From positions 106,704,001-106,768,000 of the forward strand of contig NC_058373.1 of the NCBI RefSeq assembly GCF_018350175.1: a DNA stretch of 64,000 nt, given 5' to 3'. The notes beneath the pieces were generated by a model. It was not told the DNA's origin. It saw nothing but the letters and a program-made list of their open reading frames with translations, and did not search any database. Source of the stretch: Felis catus. Its lineage: Eukaryota. Of this stretch, positions 11,612 to 31,549 are shown piece after piece; position 1 is the stretch's first letter; each line of letters begins with the position of its first letter. The position numbers and the translations under genes were made by a program.

Positions 11612-12737
11612 GGGGGTACTCGGTGGCTTGGTCAGTTGAGCATGCCACTCGATTTTGGCTTAGGTCATGATCCCAGGGTCATGGGATCAAGCCCTATAGG
11701 GCTCCTTGCCTTGCGTGGAGACTGCTTTAAGATTCACTTTCTTCCTCTCTTTCTGCCCCTCACCCACTTGCTTATGTGCGTGTTCTCTCTCTCTTTCTCT
11801 CTAAAAATCGGAGATTTCTTGGTATAAATGGTAAGTGTTGCTCTATATAAAGAAAATATTTAAAAAATTTTCCAGGATCTGTAATTAAATTAAATATCTC
11901 ACAGTATCAGTTTATTTTTTTTTTTGCTTTAATGAATTTCCAGTTTCTGTCATACAGTCCTTCATATATGTATAAATATACATTTATATATATTTAGTGT
12001 TTTATTTATCTTTGAGAGAGAGAGTGGGAGTGGGAGAGGAAGAGAGAGAAGGAGAGAGAAAATCTTAAGAGGATCCACTTACAGCAGCGAGCCTGGTATG
12101 GAGCTCAAACTCATGAACCATGAGATCATGACCTGAACCAAAGTTGGGCACTCAACCACCTAAGCCACCTGGGGCACCCCCGTACAATCCTCTTTTATCT
12201 TTAAGATATTAGAAAAAAATATCCATACTAGAAGTAAGCTTTTCAGCAATCTGATATACTTGCTACTTGACAAATTTCCCTTATAATCTTTTTCCTTGTG
12301 TAGCGTTATTCATGACATTCCTCAATTGGTATATCTTTTCTTTTTTAAGTTTATTTATTTATTTTGAGAGAGGGAGAGACAGAATCCCAAGCAAGCAAGC
12401 TCCGTGCTGCACTGTAGGCACAGAGCCCAGCGCAGGTCACAAACCCACAAACCCGCAAGATCACAGCTTGAGCAGAGATCAAGAGTCCGATGCTTAACTG
12501 ACTGAGCCACTCAGGTGCCCCCTGATTGATACATATATTTTTTAAATGTTTATTTATTTTTGAGAGAGAGAAAGAGAACATGAGCAGGGGAGGGGCAGAG
12601 AGAGAGGGAGACAGAATCTGAAGCAGGCTCCAGGCTCTGAGCTGTCAGCACAGAGCCCGATGCGGGACTTGAACGGAGTGTGAGATCATGACCTGAGACG
12701 AAGTCGGACACAACCGACTGAGCCATCCAGGCGCCCC
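11612..12737. mobile_element. Cluster of four CanSINEs (11612-11805 +; 11990-12180, 12340-12522 and 12540-12737 -)
   Basis: Repeated SINE heads, (CT)n/(GA)n bodies and A/T tails. Confidence 0.88.
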
Positions 12738-15204
12738 AAGATAGATATATTTTTTAATTCTCCTTGGCTTAGCTAAATCTTTAAGATCATAATTGAAGCT
12801 GAGGCCAGTATTTCTCAAGCAATTTACAGAGAACACTACACACATGATCTGTTGCTAGATATGGTGGGAAAGTTAGGTTTCCTGTTCGAGTGAGTTTGGA
12901 AAATTCAAATGATACATTTTAAGCAGGTTTGCAGTCGTGTTTTGTTTTGTTTTTAACTTCAAAGATGTCTCTAAGTCTTTAGTTTGCTGATATCCACTGT
13001 GACTCTTCAAGATGATGTCCTAGTGTGTTATTTATCAAGCTTCTTTGACCATGGACTCCCTTTTAAGAAACATTGTGTAGAGCAAATAATTCTGTATCCT
13101 TCAGCCTTTCTTTTAATATCACATGAAAATAATTCAAATCTGTCTTGAGGAGACTCAAGTGTGAACATTCTCTTGATACTTCATAATGTGCTCTCACTTC
13201 TTTTGTGGTTGATCTTGCCTTATTTTGACTCTGTTACCTGCTGTTTTATCTCTGCTTTTCACTCCTAGTATGAACTAGCTCCTTCTTCCTGACAAAGAAG
13301 AAAGTTAAAATGTTGCATAAGATAGGGAGCAAATTACAATTGGATTTCTGTCACATTAAAATTCTACAGCCATTTCCTTCTCTGTCCCAGAAACTCAGGC
13401 TCTTCCCTCAGGCTCATCCTGTTCCTATAGGAGCATACTGCTTTGGAATATACTGCTCTAGGCAAAATCTTCTCTGACCCAATAATACTATCAATAAGTG
13501 CCATTATTTATTCCATATTATCAATAAATTATTTTCTAAACATTTAAAAACTGAGAATAAAGAGTTTACAAGTTTACTGTTAGTGGGGCAGGATATGCAG
13601 GAAGAAGGTTTTGAAAAAAAAACGAACAGTAAACACTCCCAACTTCCCTTTTAAACAGCAGTATTTAGTGTTGTCTTTTAATTTTAATCATCTTATTTAT
13701 ACCATTAATGTATTACATGCCTCTCCATGCCAAGATATTTTACTAAATATTACGGAGAATCGGAAGTGTCTCAAGATTTGGCCCCAGCCCACAAATAACT
13801 AGTTAGTAGAGAAAATAAATACAAATGAAAAAATAACAGGTAAAGAGGTGAATAATACAAGAAGTGTCCTATGTTGATACATGTTACAAGATGAGAAGTA
13901 TGGACAAGCAATATTTGTTATACAGAGAAAAGAGAGGCACAGTTTGACCTAGGCGTTCTGGGGAATTTGCAGAAAGGATTAGACTGAATGTCTAAAGTTG
14001 ACCAAAATTACTAATTAGGGAAGGGAAGAAAGGGCATCCTAGGATGGAGAGAACATGAGCAGAGACACCAGAGAGAAAAGGGTGGGATGTGTTTGCAGGG
14101 CAAGGGGCCAAGAGTTCTAGAGGTTATTTGATAATTTGAAGAGGTATCAAAATGTTCTGTGTAAAATACACAGACATACAATCACATTGTAGTATGTGTG
14201 CTGTCTGGAACTTTTTACACCTATACAAACTATATACAATCATGTATACACACAGGTATATATACTCTTTTTTTAAAAAATGCAAATGGGATCATCAATG
14301 TGTTTATTTTACTTTTCAACATGTCATGGCATCTTTCTTTTTCCATATCAACAACAGATCTTCAGAGTATTTCACTGTTCGGAATATAATCACAGAATAT
14401 TCCATCGAATGGGTAAGAACATTTAAACTAAACTCTACCAAAGATTCAGAAGTACTAAAAGGTAAATGAATATGGATAGTAACATGAAGCCAGATAATAT
14501 GATTGTAAGGTGTCTTCAGTTTCTGGCTTTCTGGCCCAACGAGCCGTTTCACCTTGTTTCTGATTTGCCTCAGTGGAGCAGGAGGGACCAGCTTTTACCT
14601 AACTCCCTGGGAAAATTTCAGGCACTTCCAGTCTCTTGAAAAATCCCAGGCCAGACATCCAAGTTCATTTTCCTTTCTGATGGCATCTTCTGTGGATAAT
14701 TGAAATCAGAATATTTACACCTGCTCACAAGAATATGCCCTTTACCTTAGGCTTGTACGGAACAACATACCAGAATAAAGTACACTGAGCCTGACATCAA
14801 GACAGGAGATAAGCTTATTCAGAGGGGAGGGAAGCAGTCTTTTCATTCCTTAAGATTGAACCATCAATGACTAAGGTTCCATTTGGCCCTACGGTTATGT
14901 TATTTTGTGAGTATTTGCACGGCTGTCATGTAAGTAAAAGCTATGACTTGTTCTGTGCAGAACTAAGTCCAATGACTAGAAGACTAAATATGGTGTTTAC
15001 AGTAAAGAACTTCCTAACAGCATAACAAGAGATGTTCTAAAGTAGTCATTCTTAATGGCGACCTCCAAATCTTTCATGATGCCTGAAAACTGTCTCTAGG
15101 GCTGGTATTGGTTGGGTAGGACTGACTTTCAGAAAGACTGTTTTAAACTGAAGAAAGAACAGGAGAAGAAAGAAGGAGAAAAAGAAGAAAGGCTGTTTTA
15201 AGAC

Positions 15205-16530
15205 GGCTTTAAATTTGTGTGTATGTGGTAAAATACATACAACATTTACTGTCTTAACCATTTTTAAGTGTACGGTTCAGTGGTATTAAATGCATTCACA
15301 TTGTTGTGCAGTCATCACCATCATCCATCTCTGACTCTTTTTATCTTGTAAAACTTTATACCCATTCAACAGTGACTGCCATTCTCTTCCCTCAGCCCAT
15401 GGCAACCACCATTCTACTTTCTATCATTTTGACAACTCTAAGTACCTTGCCTTAGTGACATTCTGCAGTATTTGTCTTATTGTGACTAGCTTTTTTTACT
15501 TAGCATACTGTCCTTAATGTTCATCCATGTTGTAGCATACTGCAGGATTTTTTTTCCTTTTTTAAGGTTGAGTAATATTTTGTTCATCTTTTCCTCCTTT
15601 GATAGACACTTGGGTTTACTTCTGTGTTTTAGTTATTGTGAATAATGCTGCTGTGAACATGAGTTACAAAAATCTCTTTGAGAACCTGCTTTCAATTCTT
15701 TGGAGTATATATCCAGAAGTCGAATTCCTGGATCAAATGGTAATCCAATTTTTAATTTTTTGAGGAACCACCGTACTGTTTTCCCCAACAGTTGTCTCAT
15801 TTGATATTCCCACCAAGTGCACAAGGGTTCCAGTTTTCCACATCCTCACCAACACTTGCTGTTTTCTGTTTTTCTTATAGTAGCCATCCTAATGGGTGTG
15901 AGGTGGTACCTTGTTATAGTTTTGCTTTGCGTTTCTCTAATGATTAGTGGTGTTGAGTATCTTTTCGTGTGTTTATTGCTATTTGTATATCTTCTTTGGA
16001 GAAATGTCTATTCAAGCCCTTTGCCAATTTTTGAGTTGGTTTATTTTGTTGTTGAGTTTTAGGAGTTCTCTATATATTATGGATTGTAATCCCTAATCAG
16101 ACAGATATATGATATGTAAATATTTTCTCCCATTCTGTCGGTTGCCTCTTTTCTATGTTGATAGTGTCTTTGGTGTACACAGTATTTAAATTTTCATGAA
16201 ATCTAATTTGTCTGGTTTCCTTTTGTAACCTGTACCTTTGGTATCATATCCAAGAAGTCATTGCCAAAGCCAGTATTGGAAGCTTTTATCCTATGTTTTC
16301 TTCTCAGCATTCTATTGTTTTAGGTTTTATACTTAATGTCCATTTTGAGTTAATTTTTCTATATAGTGTTAAAGGCCTAATTTCATTCTTTTGCATGTCA
16401 ATACTCAGTTTTCCTCACACCATTTATTGCAAAGACCATCCTTTCCCTATTACCTTTGTCACGTATTTGGCCATATATGTGAGGATTTATTTCTGGGCTC
16501 TCTATTCTATTTCATTGGTCTATGTCTCTT
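15205..16530 (-). mobile_element. L1 3' fragment
   Basis: The reverse complement encodes WFLKKLKIGLPFDPGIRLLDIY (L1 ORF2-like); L1M-type 3' UTR at 15210-15500. Confidence 0.88.
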
Positions 16531-16984
16531 TCTTTATGAAGACAGCTTTAAACATAATTTTTCTTTTCCAACCCAACATATGATCTCTGAGGTAGTACTT
16601 TGCTAGCTATCTTGTGTCAGGCAACTGTTTTTCAGAATAAGCTACTGAGTATATCCCAGGAAAAGGAAAAGTTGAAGGTGGAGAATCCACGTTATTTGGT
16701 ACTTCGATTTTTCTGGCCCTTAAATGGAAATAATCTAGATTAAAACACATATAGGTCCTATTATTGTTTCATGTTTTCCTAGTTTTGGTAGATTTTGGAA
16801 ACTGATAACAGAAAGAGAAGCTAAAAATTGAATCAGAAAGTGGTTTGCTTATGGTAACATAGCTAATAATAAGCATTTACTCTGACACCTAGAGTCTTTT
16901 AATTTCCAGTTTATTGTTCTTTCTACTGCATATTGAGCTGTCAATGGATTTTATTGAAATGTAACTATTTTATTTTTATTTATT

Positions 16985-17192
16985 TAAAAAAATTTTTTAA
17001 TGTTTATTTTTAAGACGGGGAGAGAGCATGCGAGCAGGGGAGGGGCAGAGAGAGAGGGAGACACAGAATCTCAAGCAGGCTGCAGGCTCTGAGCTGTCAG
17101 CACAGAGCTTGACGCGGGGCTCAAACTCGCAAACTGTGAGATCATGACCCGAGCTGAAGTCCAGTGCTTAACTGAGCCACCTGGGCACTCCC
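16985..17192 (-). mobile_element. CanSINE
   Basis: Antisense SINE; flanks aaatgtaactatttta and aaatgctactatttta resemble a degraded TSD. Confidence 0.88.
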
Positions 17193-17354
17193 AAATGCTA
17201 CTATTTTAGCAGGATTTGACTCTTTAAATTATCAGAAAATCCTAAATTTATTATAATTGCTAGATGATATGACTAACAGTATTTGTTTCCATATTCCATT
17301 TCTATTTTCGTTTCAATTCAAAGGAATCAACGAGAATATGTTCATTTTATAGAG

Positions 17355-17602
17355 CAGAGTTTGGCCAACTATGGCCCACAGACTGAATCTGGCCCACAGG
17401 TATGGGTAAAAATACCCTAACACTTTATCAGAGCACAACCACTCATATCCATTTATGAATGTATTGTCTATGGCTGCTTTCTGCTACAACAGCAGAACTG
17501 AGTCATGTAGCAGAATTGAGTCATAGTAACAGAAATTATATGGTCCACTAAGCCCAAAATATTTACTCTTCTGCCCTTAGAGAAAAATTTTTCTGACCCT
17601 TA
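17355..17602. mobile_element. MER58A-like hAT-Charlie DNA transposon remnant
   Basis: Resembles the MER58A consensus as recalled (ggccaactatggcccac...attgtctatggctgcttt...aaaatatttact...ctgaccc); 8-bp TSD-like flanks TTATAGAG and TAATAGAG. Confidence 0.8.
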
Positions 17603-18062
17603 TAATAGAGGAAAAGTTTAAAACCAAACATTGAAAACTCTTAGGAAAATGATTAAACCACTGGCAGATTTGAGTTGAAAGCACTGGCTTTTTGAATGTT
17701 TCTTTGCCTTCAAAATCTAAAAATGTCAATTTTAAGATCTAATTTAATTAGATCTGATTTCCGTTAATTTAAGATCTAATCCCAAATAATAAGTTCTAGA
17801 TAAATTATAATGAATATCCTTTTTTTCCCAAATAAAAAACAACTTTTCAACTGTTTGTTTAGTGCTGCATGTATGTCAGGCAATGGGGAGGAGCTAGCGG
17901 GTGAAATTATAAATCCTGCCCTTGAAGGAATTAAGGAGATAAAATAGAAATGTGGAGTTCCCCCCCATCTTTTAAGTATGACATTTTCAAGTAGTGACTT
18001 TTTTCTTTTTCTTAGAGACTGCTGTGTTACAGAAGAGGATGTAACTTTCAGAATAATCCTGA

Positions 18063-18761
<699 letters not shown>

Positions 18762-19417
18762 TAATAAGCTACCAAATACTTTGTCACTTGCTTTGTTTTT
18801 AAGCATACATACACAGTATGAGCTCTCCTTAGTATTAAAAAACTGAATCTATGAAAAAAAAAAAAACTGAATCTATGAAAGTCATCAAGACCAAACCATT
18901 GGGTGATAGTTGTTCTGATGATTAATCTCTTCGGAGTAATCTCTGTTAAACATTCATACTAACGTAGTAATTAAACCTTATTGAGGAGTTGAAAACTCTT
19001 TGGTAAGAGAAATCAGCAAAATTTCAATTCTGTGTTTCACTTTAAATAAGGAGCTATGTGCTATAAGATAGCCTGGCTGAGGCCTGTGAAAAGGGAGATG
19101 GAATTTTCCTATGAGGGTATAATGAAGAATTTAAAATTTATACCATAAATATTATGTACAGATTGAGTGAATTTAAGATGAGTAACATTTCTAATTTTGT
19201 TATAATAAGTATGTAGGATGAATACTGATTTTTAAAAAATCAATTTGCTATAGAAGAAAAATATACTTTTTTAACAAAACTGTTTACCAAACTGTTTACA
19301 AAATTGTTGGATAACCCCCTTTGCTCACCTTTTATAAATCTGACTTTTCTTTCTCTGTTTCTATAGATTGCAGCTTTCTCTCTCACGGGTTTATGTGCAG
19401 ATAGAAATGTAAAGGCA

Positions 19418-20808
19418 TTTAATGGACTGAATGTCTTCAAATTCATATATCAAAGCCTGTCCCCCAGTGTGATGGTGATTGGAGATGGGGTCTTTGGGAG
19501 GTGATTAGGAAAATGAGGGTGGGGCCTTGGTCTGATGGAATTAATGCCCTTATCAGAAGAGACACCAGAGAGCTTGATCTCTCTCTCTCTCCACTATGTG
19601 AGGATACAGTGAGAAGGCTGCTGTCTGCAAACCAGCAAGAGAGTTCTCAGCAGAACCTGACCATGCTGGCACACTGATCTTGGACTTCCAGCCTCCAGAA
19701 TAATTTCTGTTGTGTAAGCCACCCAGTCTGTGGTATTTCATTATGGCAGCCCAAGCTAAGACAGATTTTGATACCAAGAGGTGGGTTGCTCCTGTAACAG
19801 ATACCTAAAAAGTGTGGAAGTGGCTTTCAAATTGGGTAATGGGTAGAGGCTAGAAGAGTTTTGAGGTTCATGCTAGAAATGTGGACTTAAAGGCATTTCT
19901 GGTGAGGTCTTAGAAATGAGAACATGTTCTTGGAAACTGGAGGAAAGGTGATTGTTGGTATAACGTGGCACAAAACTGTTCTAATTTTTATGGAAAGTAG
20001 AACTTGAAAGTGATGAAATTGGATAGAGAGTTAAGGAGATTTCCAAGCAAGTGGCTAAAAGAACAGCTTGAATTGAAGAAGGAATTGCTAAGCAAAAAAT
20101 AATCAGAACTAGAAGATTTGGAAAATTTTCGGCCTAGCCATATTGCAAAAAAAATGAGAAAGCATGTTCTGAAGAGAGCACCAAGAGTGTGACTGGACTA
20201 ACACTAAAGAGTTCAAGGGGTTATATGACCAGAAATACGGCCAGTTTGAACTAAAGCAGTCAGAGACCAGATGAAATGAACTAAGGCTGTTAGACTTCTT
20301 AGATTTGACAGGTCTTTAAGAAGAGGGGAAAAATGACCCCAAAAGTGATTCAGAGATTGTCAGGGCTACTTCCTTGGTTTCAACAAACTAGAAGCTGGAA
20401 GCCTTGGGTCTAGTTCTTGCCCTGCAAAGCGTTGGGAGTGGGACCCACACCTAGAGCTGTTTGGGTAATGATGGCAACCCTGGGGGCCTAGAGGGCAAAA
20501 TATGGAACCAAGAAGATTCTTCCTCAGCCTTAAGGTCTAATGGAATTTGCCTTGCTAGGTTTTGGACTTCTTTGGAACCTGTCACCCCTTCCTTCTTTCC
20601 TATTTCTCCCTTCTGGAATAAGAATGTTCATTCTGAGGTCACCTGGGTGGCTCAGTCGGTTAAGGGGCTGACTTCAGCTCAGGTCATGATCTCACGGTCT
20701 GTGGGTTCCAGCCCCGTGTTGGGCTCTGTGCTGACAGCCACTTGGAGCCTTGAGCCTGCTTCAGATTTTGTGTCTCCCTCTCTCTCTGCCCCTTCCCTGC
20801 TCGTGCTC

Positions 20809-20871
<63 letters not shown>

Positions 20872-21511
20872 AATAAACATTTAAAAAAAAATGTCCATTC
20901 TGGGGCTGTCCCACTGTTTTATTTTGGAAGTATATAGCTTGTCTGATTTCACAGGTTCACAGCTGGAGAGGGATTTTGCCTCAGGATGGAGTGTACTTGA
21001 TTCTCACCCATATCTGCTTTAGATGGTAGTTAGATGAAACTTTGGACTTTAGCCTGTAGAATTGATGCTGGAATTTTTTAAGACTTTTGGACCTGTTGGG
21101 ATGGAATGAATGTGTTTTGCATGTAAGAAGAACATGAATTTGGGAGACTGGGTTAGAATGTTAAGGACTGAATGTTTCTGCCCCCTCAAAATTTGTATGT
21201 TGATGCCCTAGCTCCCAATGTGATGGTATTTAGAGATGGGGTCTTTGGGAGGTAATCAGGTCATCAGGGTAGTCCTATTCTTATGGGATTGGTGCCCTTA
21301 TAAGAAGAGAGACCAGAGAGCTTGATCTCTCTCCTTCCACCATGTGAGGATGCAGTGAGAAGTTGGCTGTCTGCAAGGCAGGAAGAGTGTTCTCACCATA
21401 ACCCAACCATAATGGCACTGATTTTCCTGTCTCTAGAACTATAAGAAATAAATTTCTGTTATTTAAGCTACCTGGTCTGCGGTATTTGTTATGGAAGCCT
21501 GAAATAAGACA
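19418..21511 (+). mobile_element. MaLR (MLT1A-type) element with both LTRs and internal region; SINE inserted at ~20636-20890
   Basis: Two homologous ~350-bp LTRs (19418-19763 and 21159-21511, both ending taagaca) flank a MaLR-type internal sequence that starts gattttgataccaagaggtggg. Confidence 0.88.
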
Positions 21512-24127
21512 TTTAAAAATATTTAGCTATTTTGTATACTGAAACTGACGTATTCTTAGGTATCCAATTGCTATTCCTTAAATCTTAATCTCTTCTCATT
21601 GTGCTACATTTGTGGACCAGAGGACACTATAATATCCTTTTTCTTCATCCACTCAAATATGTAAGGGAAAAATTAGTTTATGGGAAATTCATCTACAATT
21701 GCTCTGTTAGTACCATTACCATTTATTAGCTGTAAGATATGTTACAGTTAAATACTTAGTTTTGAAAAGTTAGGAATAAAATTAAGTTTACATGTGTATG
21801 TATACATTTGATCCCTTTTTAAAGATGGAGGTTTATAAGATTATTTTCACAATATAGATTCTTGAGTTACTGTCTCACTGTGCTATTTCTGAAATCAGAA
21901 ATTATATACCTGCTATAATACATCTTTGCATTTAAATTGATGCTCCAGGTTCTTTAATTTCTTTTTTAAATCTCAGTTAATTTATAATTTGATTACCTTG
22001 AATTTCTGCATTACTCATTTCTGAATCAAAGGACATAAATGTTTTTAGTACATTGTAGTTGGATTTAATGTACAGTTTTAATGTTTACGGTTTGATCATT
22101 ACAAACAGGTTTTTGTTTTTTTCAACTAAAAGGAAAAGACAAAAGCAGGCCCAAATCTGTTCATATAGAAGAAGATGACATATTTGTGCAGAAAAATTAC
22201 CTCTCACTTGACTTAGAAATTTTTAGCTTCTGGTTAACAAACTAATAAAGAAGATGATCTTTATACAGTAGATATGATACTGCAGATAAAAATGTATGAA
22301 ATGTGTGCACTGTTCAAATTTGAACAGTTGTCAGATATATCAAATTGTTTCTTAATTTTATTTGAGAGAATGTAAAAGTTGAAGAGACAAGCCTCACAGT
22401 ATAATATTTTCTCTTTCCCCATTCTTTATTCTACCCAGTACACTGTGTATTAATAATTTACTTTTTCTGTACATTTTCATCAAAGACTGGTATTAAATCT
22501 ACAGTGCTTATAGTTCATAGACTCTCAGGAAGTGTTTGAACGTATGATGCATATTTATTTCATCTTAGCCACTATAAACATCTTTTTGCTGGACGTGGAT
22601 ATAGTGTACAGAATTTGAAATATTTTTATAGCTGTTAGAGTCAAAGATTTTTTTTCTTGAGGTCTTAGATATTTTGCCCTAGAAGATTCCTATTACATTA
22701 TCAGAAATAGAATTTAAACATACTTTCCATATGAAAGACTTGACCACAATAATCATTATTTGGGTCTGAGTCATACAGGAAAGTGATCATGATGTGTGCC
22801 TGCTCAAAATATGAATGCTTATATTTATGTATGGTATTCTTGTATATAAATAAAATTTCTATGTCATTGCTTATTAAGAACAAAAAGATTTAGGGAGGTT
22901 AAATCAAAGTTGGGTAAAATATTTCTTGAGTATACATTATTTTTACACAAATTATACTATACTTAAATATATTAGGAAGAGAAATGTTGTCTTTAACAAG
23001 AAAAATAACTACAGATCTGCATGTTTTCCTTGACCTTCCTGTGGTTTATTATGTGTGGTTTGATTTTCCTTTTTGTCACTTGAGTATTTTCTTCCCAGAA
23101 TGAAATACATTTTAAAACTACACTACAAAAAGTATTGTCCTCTAATTTAGCATCATATTGTTAACCTTGTATTCATTAATTCTCTGCTTATAAAATTTGA
23201 AGGACATACATTATGAGCCAGTGCATTAGCTGACATAGTCTTGATAGCTTTGGAGCAAACACATTATGTCATTATTATATCCATAGTTGCTATACATTTG
23301 CTTCTGGGCTGTTAACATATGCTTAAGTGGATAATTATTACAGAAGGTGCCTTTCTCCTTGACTTTGATTCCTAGCAGCTCAGGTATTCAAGTACAATTA
23401 TGCTGTGAGTTTTGACATTTAGTTTTTTATAAGTTATCTTTTGAACACTGTAAGTACTAGGACATTATTGGTTTCTGGACAAAGTATGGTCAGCCTTATT
23501 TCAAAAAAATTAGTTATATTTTGATAGTGTTTATGCTTCTGTGCTTTGAGTTTTTGTTAAGTCATTCAAAGCCATCTAATTTTTAACTGGTAAATGCTGT
23601 ACGAAGAACAAATTTCTCCACTTTATAGAAATCATCTCTAGTTTATGAAATTGTATTTTACAAGTTTGTATTCTCTATAAAATAAAAACAATATTATAAA
23701 TGCTAGTTAAGTTCCCACACCAATCCACAGAGACATGTTCATAAGCCTAATGTTGCCAACTTCTGATACTGATTCTACTGACTTCAAGTTCTGGGACCTG
23801 GGGGTAAGACAGTACTGGGAGAGTAGGAAAAAGAAAAGAGCTCTCTTTGCTAGCTACTAACGTTATGAACATCAGTAAGGCTTTGGCTTTCCTAGAGTTA
23901 ACTTACAATTTTAAATTAGAAAATTTTAAACTCTCAACAATCATTGGTAGAATTTTAGCCAACGTAGGTTAGACAGTTACAGGAGAAATATTTTTGCTCT
24001 GGACTCAGTTCAGTTTTACAAATCCCTGAATTCAATTATTCAGTAAACTGCTTTTAATTACTTCTTTCCACATTGGAATCCACATATTTTCTAAGTGCTA
24101 ATCCTGTACACAATTGAGTAGGGGTAG

Positions 24128-25122
<995 letters not shown>

Positions 25123-25306
25123 TAGCTAGGAAGTGTACAAAAATATTCCCATATTTTTGTAATATACAACATACAGGCATTCATTCTTTTATGTTTTGGT
25201 TTGTTTATTAGTTTTTTCAGTTAATTGCTTAAATGTGCTCATAGAAGAACACATATCAGCTAAAATAAAATGTGGTAGAAGAGGTTACTTTGCCTTAATT
25301 AAATAA

Positions 25307-25447
<141 letters not shown>

Positions 25448-25550
25448 TAATAGTATTTTCCTATTGCTAAGCTTGTGATTTTGTTTATTCTAACAGTTTA
25501 CTTAAATTATCCAATTCTGCCTAATAAAGTGGATAATTTTTGTACTGTAG

Positions 25551-29330
<3,780 letters not shown>

Positions 29331-29474
29331 TTATTAAGAAACTTCTGTTTCTTAATCTATAGAATACTCTCTAAAATAATGATAAATTAAGGATAGTTGC
29401 TTAATTATTTACCACTTCTGGTTCTCATGACTTAACAAGCATGTAATGCAAAACTTAGTCAACCTTAAGATCAA

Positions 29475-30230
29475 GGGGCGCCTGGGTGGCTCAGTCAGTT
29501 AAGCGGCTGACTTCGGCTCAGGTCATGATCTCGCGGTCCATGAGTTCGAGCCCTGCGTTGGGCTCTGTGCTGACAGCTCAGAGCCTGGAGCCTGTTTCGG
29601 ATTCTGTGTCTCCCTCTCTCTCTGCCCCTCCCCCATTCATGCTCTGTCTCTCTCTGTCTCAAAAATAAATAAACGTTAAAAAAAAAAAAAAGATCTAGCT
29701 AGCACTCTATTGGTTCTCTTTAGTACTAGTTTTTTATAGAGAGCCCAAACTTTTATTTTTTCTCTCTCTTTTTTTTAAGTTTATTTATTTATTTTGAGTG
29801 AGAAAGAGCACGCACATGTGTGAGCAGGGGAGTGGCAGACAGAGAAGGAGAGAGAGAATCCCAAGCAGCCTCCATGCTGTTAGCATAGAGCCCAATGAAG
29901 GGCTCACTTGATCCCACAAACTATGAGATCATGACCTGAGCCGAAATCAAGAGTCAGAGACTTAACTGACTGAGCCACCCAGGCACCCCGAGAGCCCAAA
30001 CTTTTAAAAACGTAGACTCATGGGGCACCTGGGTAGCTCAGTCCTTTCAGTGACTGACTCTTGATTTTGGCTCAGATCACGATCTTGTGGTTCCTGGGTT
30101 CTAGCCCTGCATCAGGATGTGTGATGATGGTGCGGAACCTGCTTGGAATTCTCTCTCTCCCTCTCTTTCTGCCCTCCCCCATTCACACATGTTCTCTCTC
30201 TCTCAAAGAGAAGTAATTAATTAAAAATAA
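29475..30230. mobile_element. Three CanSINEs in alternating orientation (29475-29690 +, 29765-29988 -, 30022-30230 +)
   Basis: SINE heads and tails; the middle element has TSD GAGAGCCCAAACTTTTA. Confidence 0.9.
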
Positions 30231-30354
30231 ATGTGGACTCATTTATTACTTGTGAGGTTGGAGAAAATTATAACAAGTATCTCATACAAGAGCTATTTCC
30301 TCAAAAATATTGCAGCAATAATAAAATCATACAGTTTTTCTTACATGACCTTGA

Positions 30355-30771
<417 letters not shown>

Positions 30772-31549
30772 TAAATGGGCTGTGCTCACAAAATCTTCAC
30801 CAATGTATTTAAAGTACAAAAAAATGAATATACAGAAAAAGTCTTTTGATCCAACCATTATATAGATTCTAATACTATGATATATGGCAGAAGGACTAAA
30901 TATGAAATAGAAGTGTATATCTTGCTTCTTATTTTGAGGTGTAAATAAAGTCACAAAATAAGAATAATAAGGGAAAATTTCATCAAGGTGATTTGACAGT
31001 TTTTTTAAAACATTTTCTTGGATAAAATCAGGTTATAGTCCTACCACTGAAACATGAAAAAACCTTATCTACCAGAACTTCCATGAATCTATAGTGAGTT
31101 CACATCAAGCAAATGCAATGGCTTAGATCCATAAAGATTAAAAACTAGCTTTATGTAATATCAGATTGAAGGGTTTAAGGGAATTTGTTCATACCTTATT
31201 AGTTATTGTATAACAATGTAAGCAGTCTGATGAGGTTACAGGGCAAGATGACAAAAGCTATGGCCAATGATCAGTAGCCTCCCAAAATGAAATACTTTGC
31301 AAATATCAGCAAGAAAAAATATTTTTGATGAGGATAAACTAATTTTATGAGTTAATGCTTTCATTGTACACTAACTAAAAATTCAACTATATTGCACTTC
31401 TTGAGGTTGGCTTTAGATAAAGTACAAGCTGATGCCAGAGGTGTGTTATCTCCTACCATTATTTATCTTAGCCCTTGAAAATTGTTTTAGAAATATCTAG
31501 TGACATCTTGGCAAACTGGTTCTAGGCAGAAGGTTAATTTCAAATCAGA

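Noticed and set aside
19273..19308. Short tandem repeats (12-mer x3 here; similar at 2425-2490, 7101-7137, 58771-58802, 61580-61611)
   Set aside because: Ordinary slippage duplications in AT-rich DNA with no sign of function.
20461..20937. 158-aa ORF and recurring AQSVKRLTSAQVMIS ORFs across the window
   Set aside because: Read-through of CanSINE (and MaLR internal) sequence; they recur because the SINE recurs.
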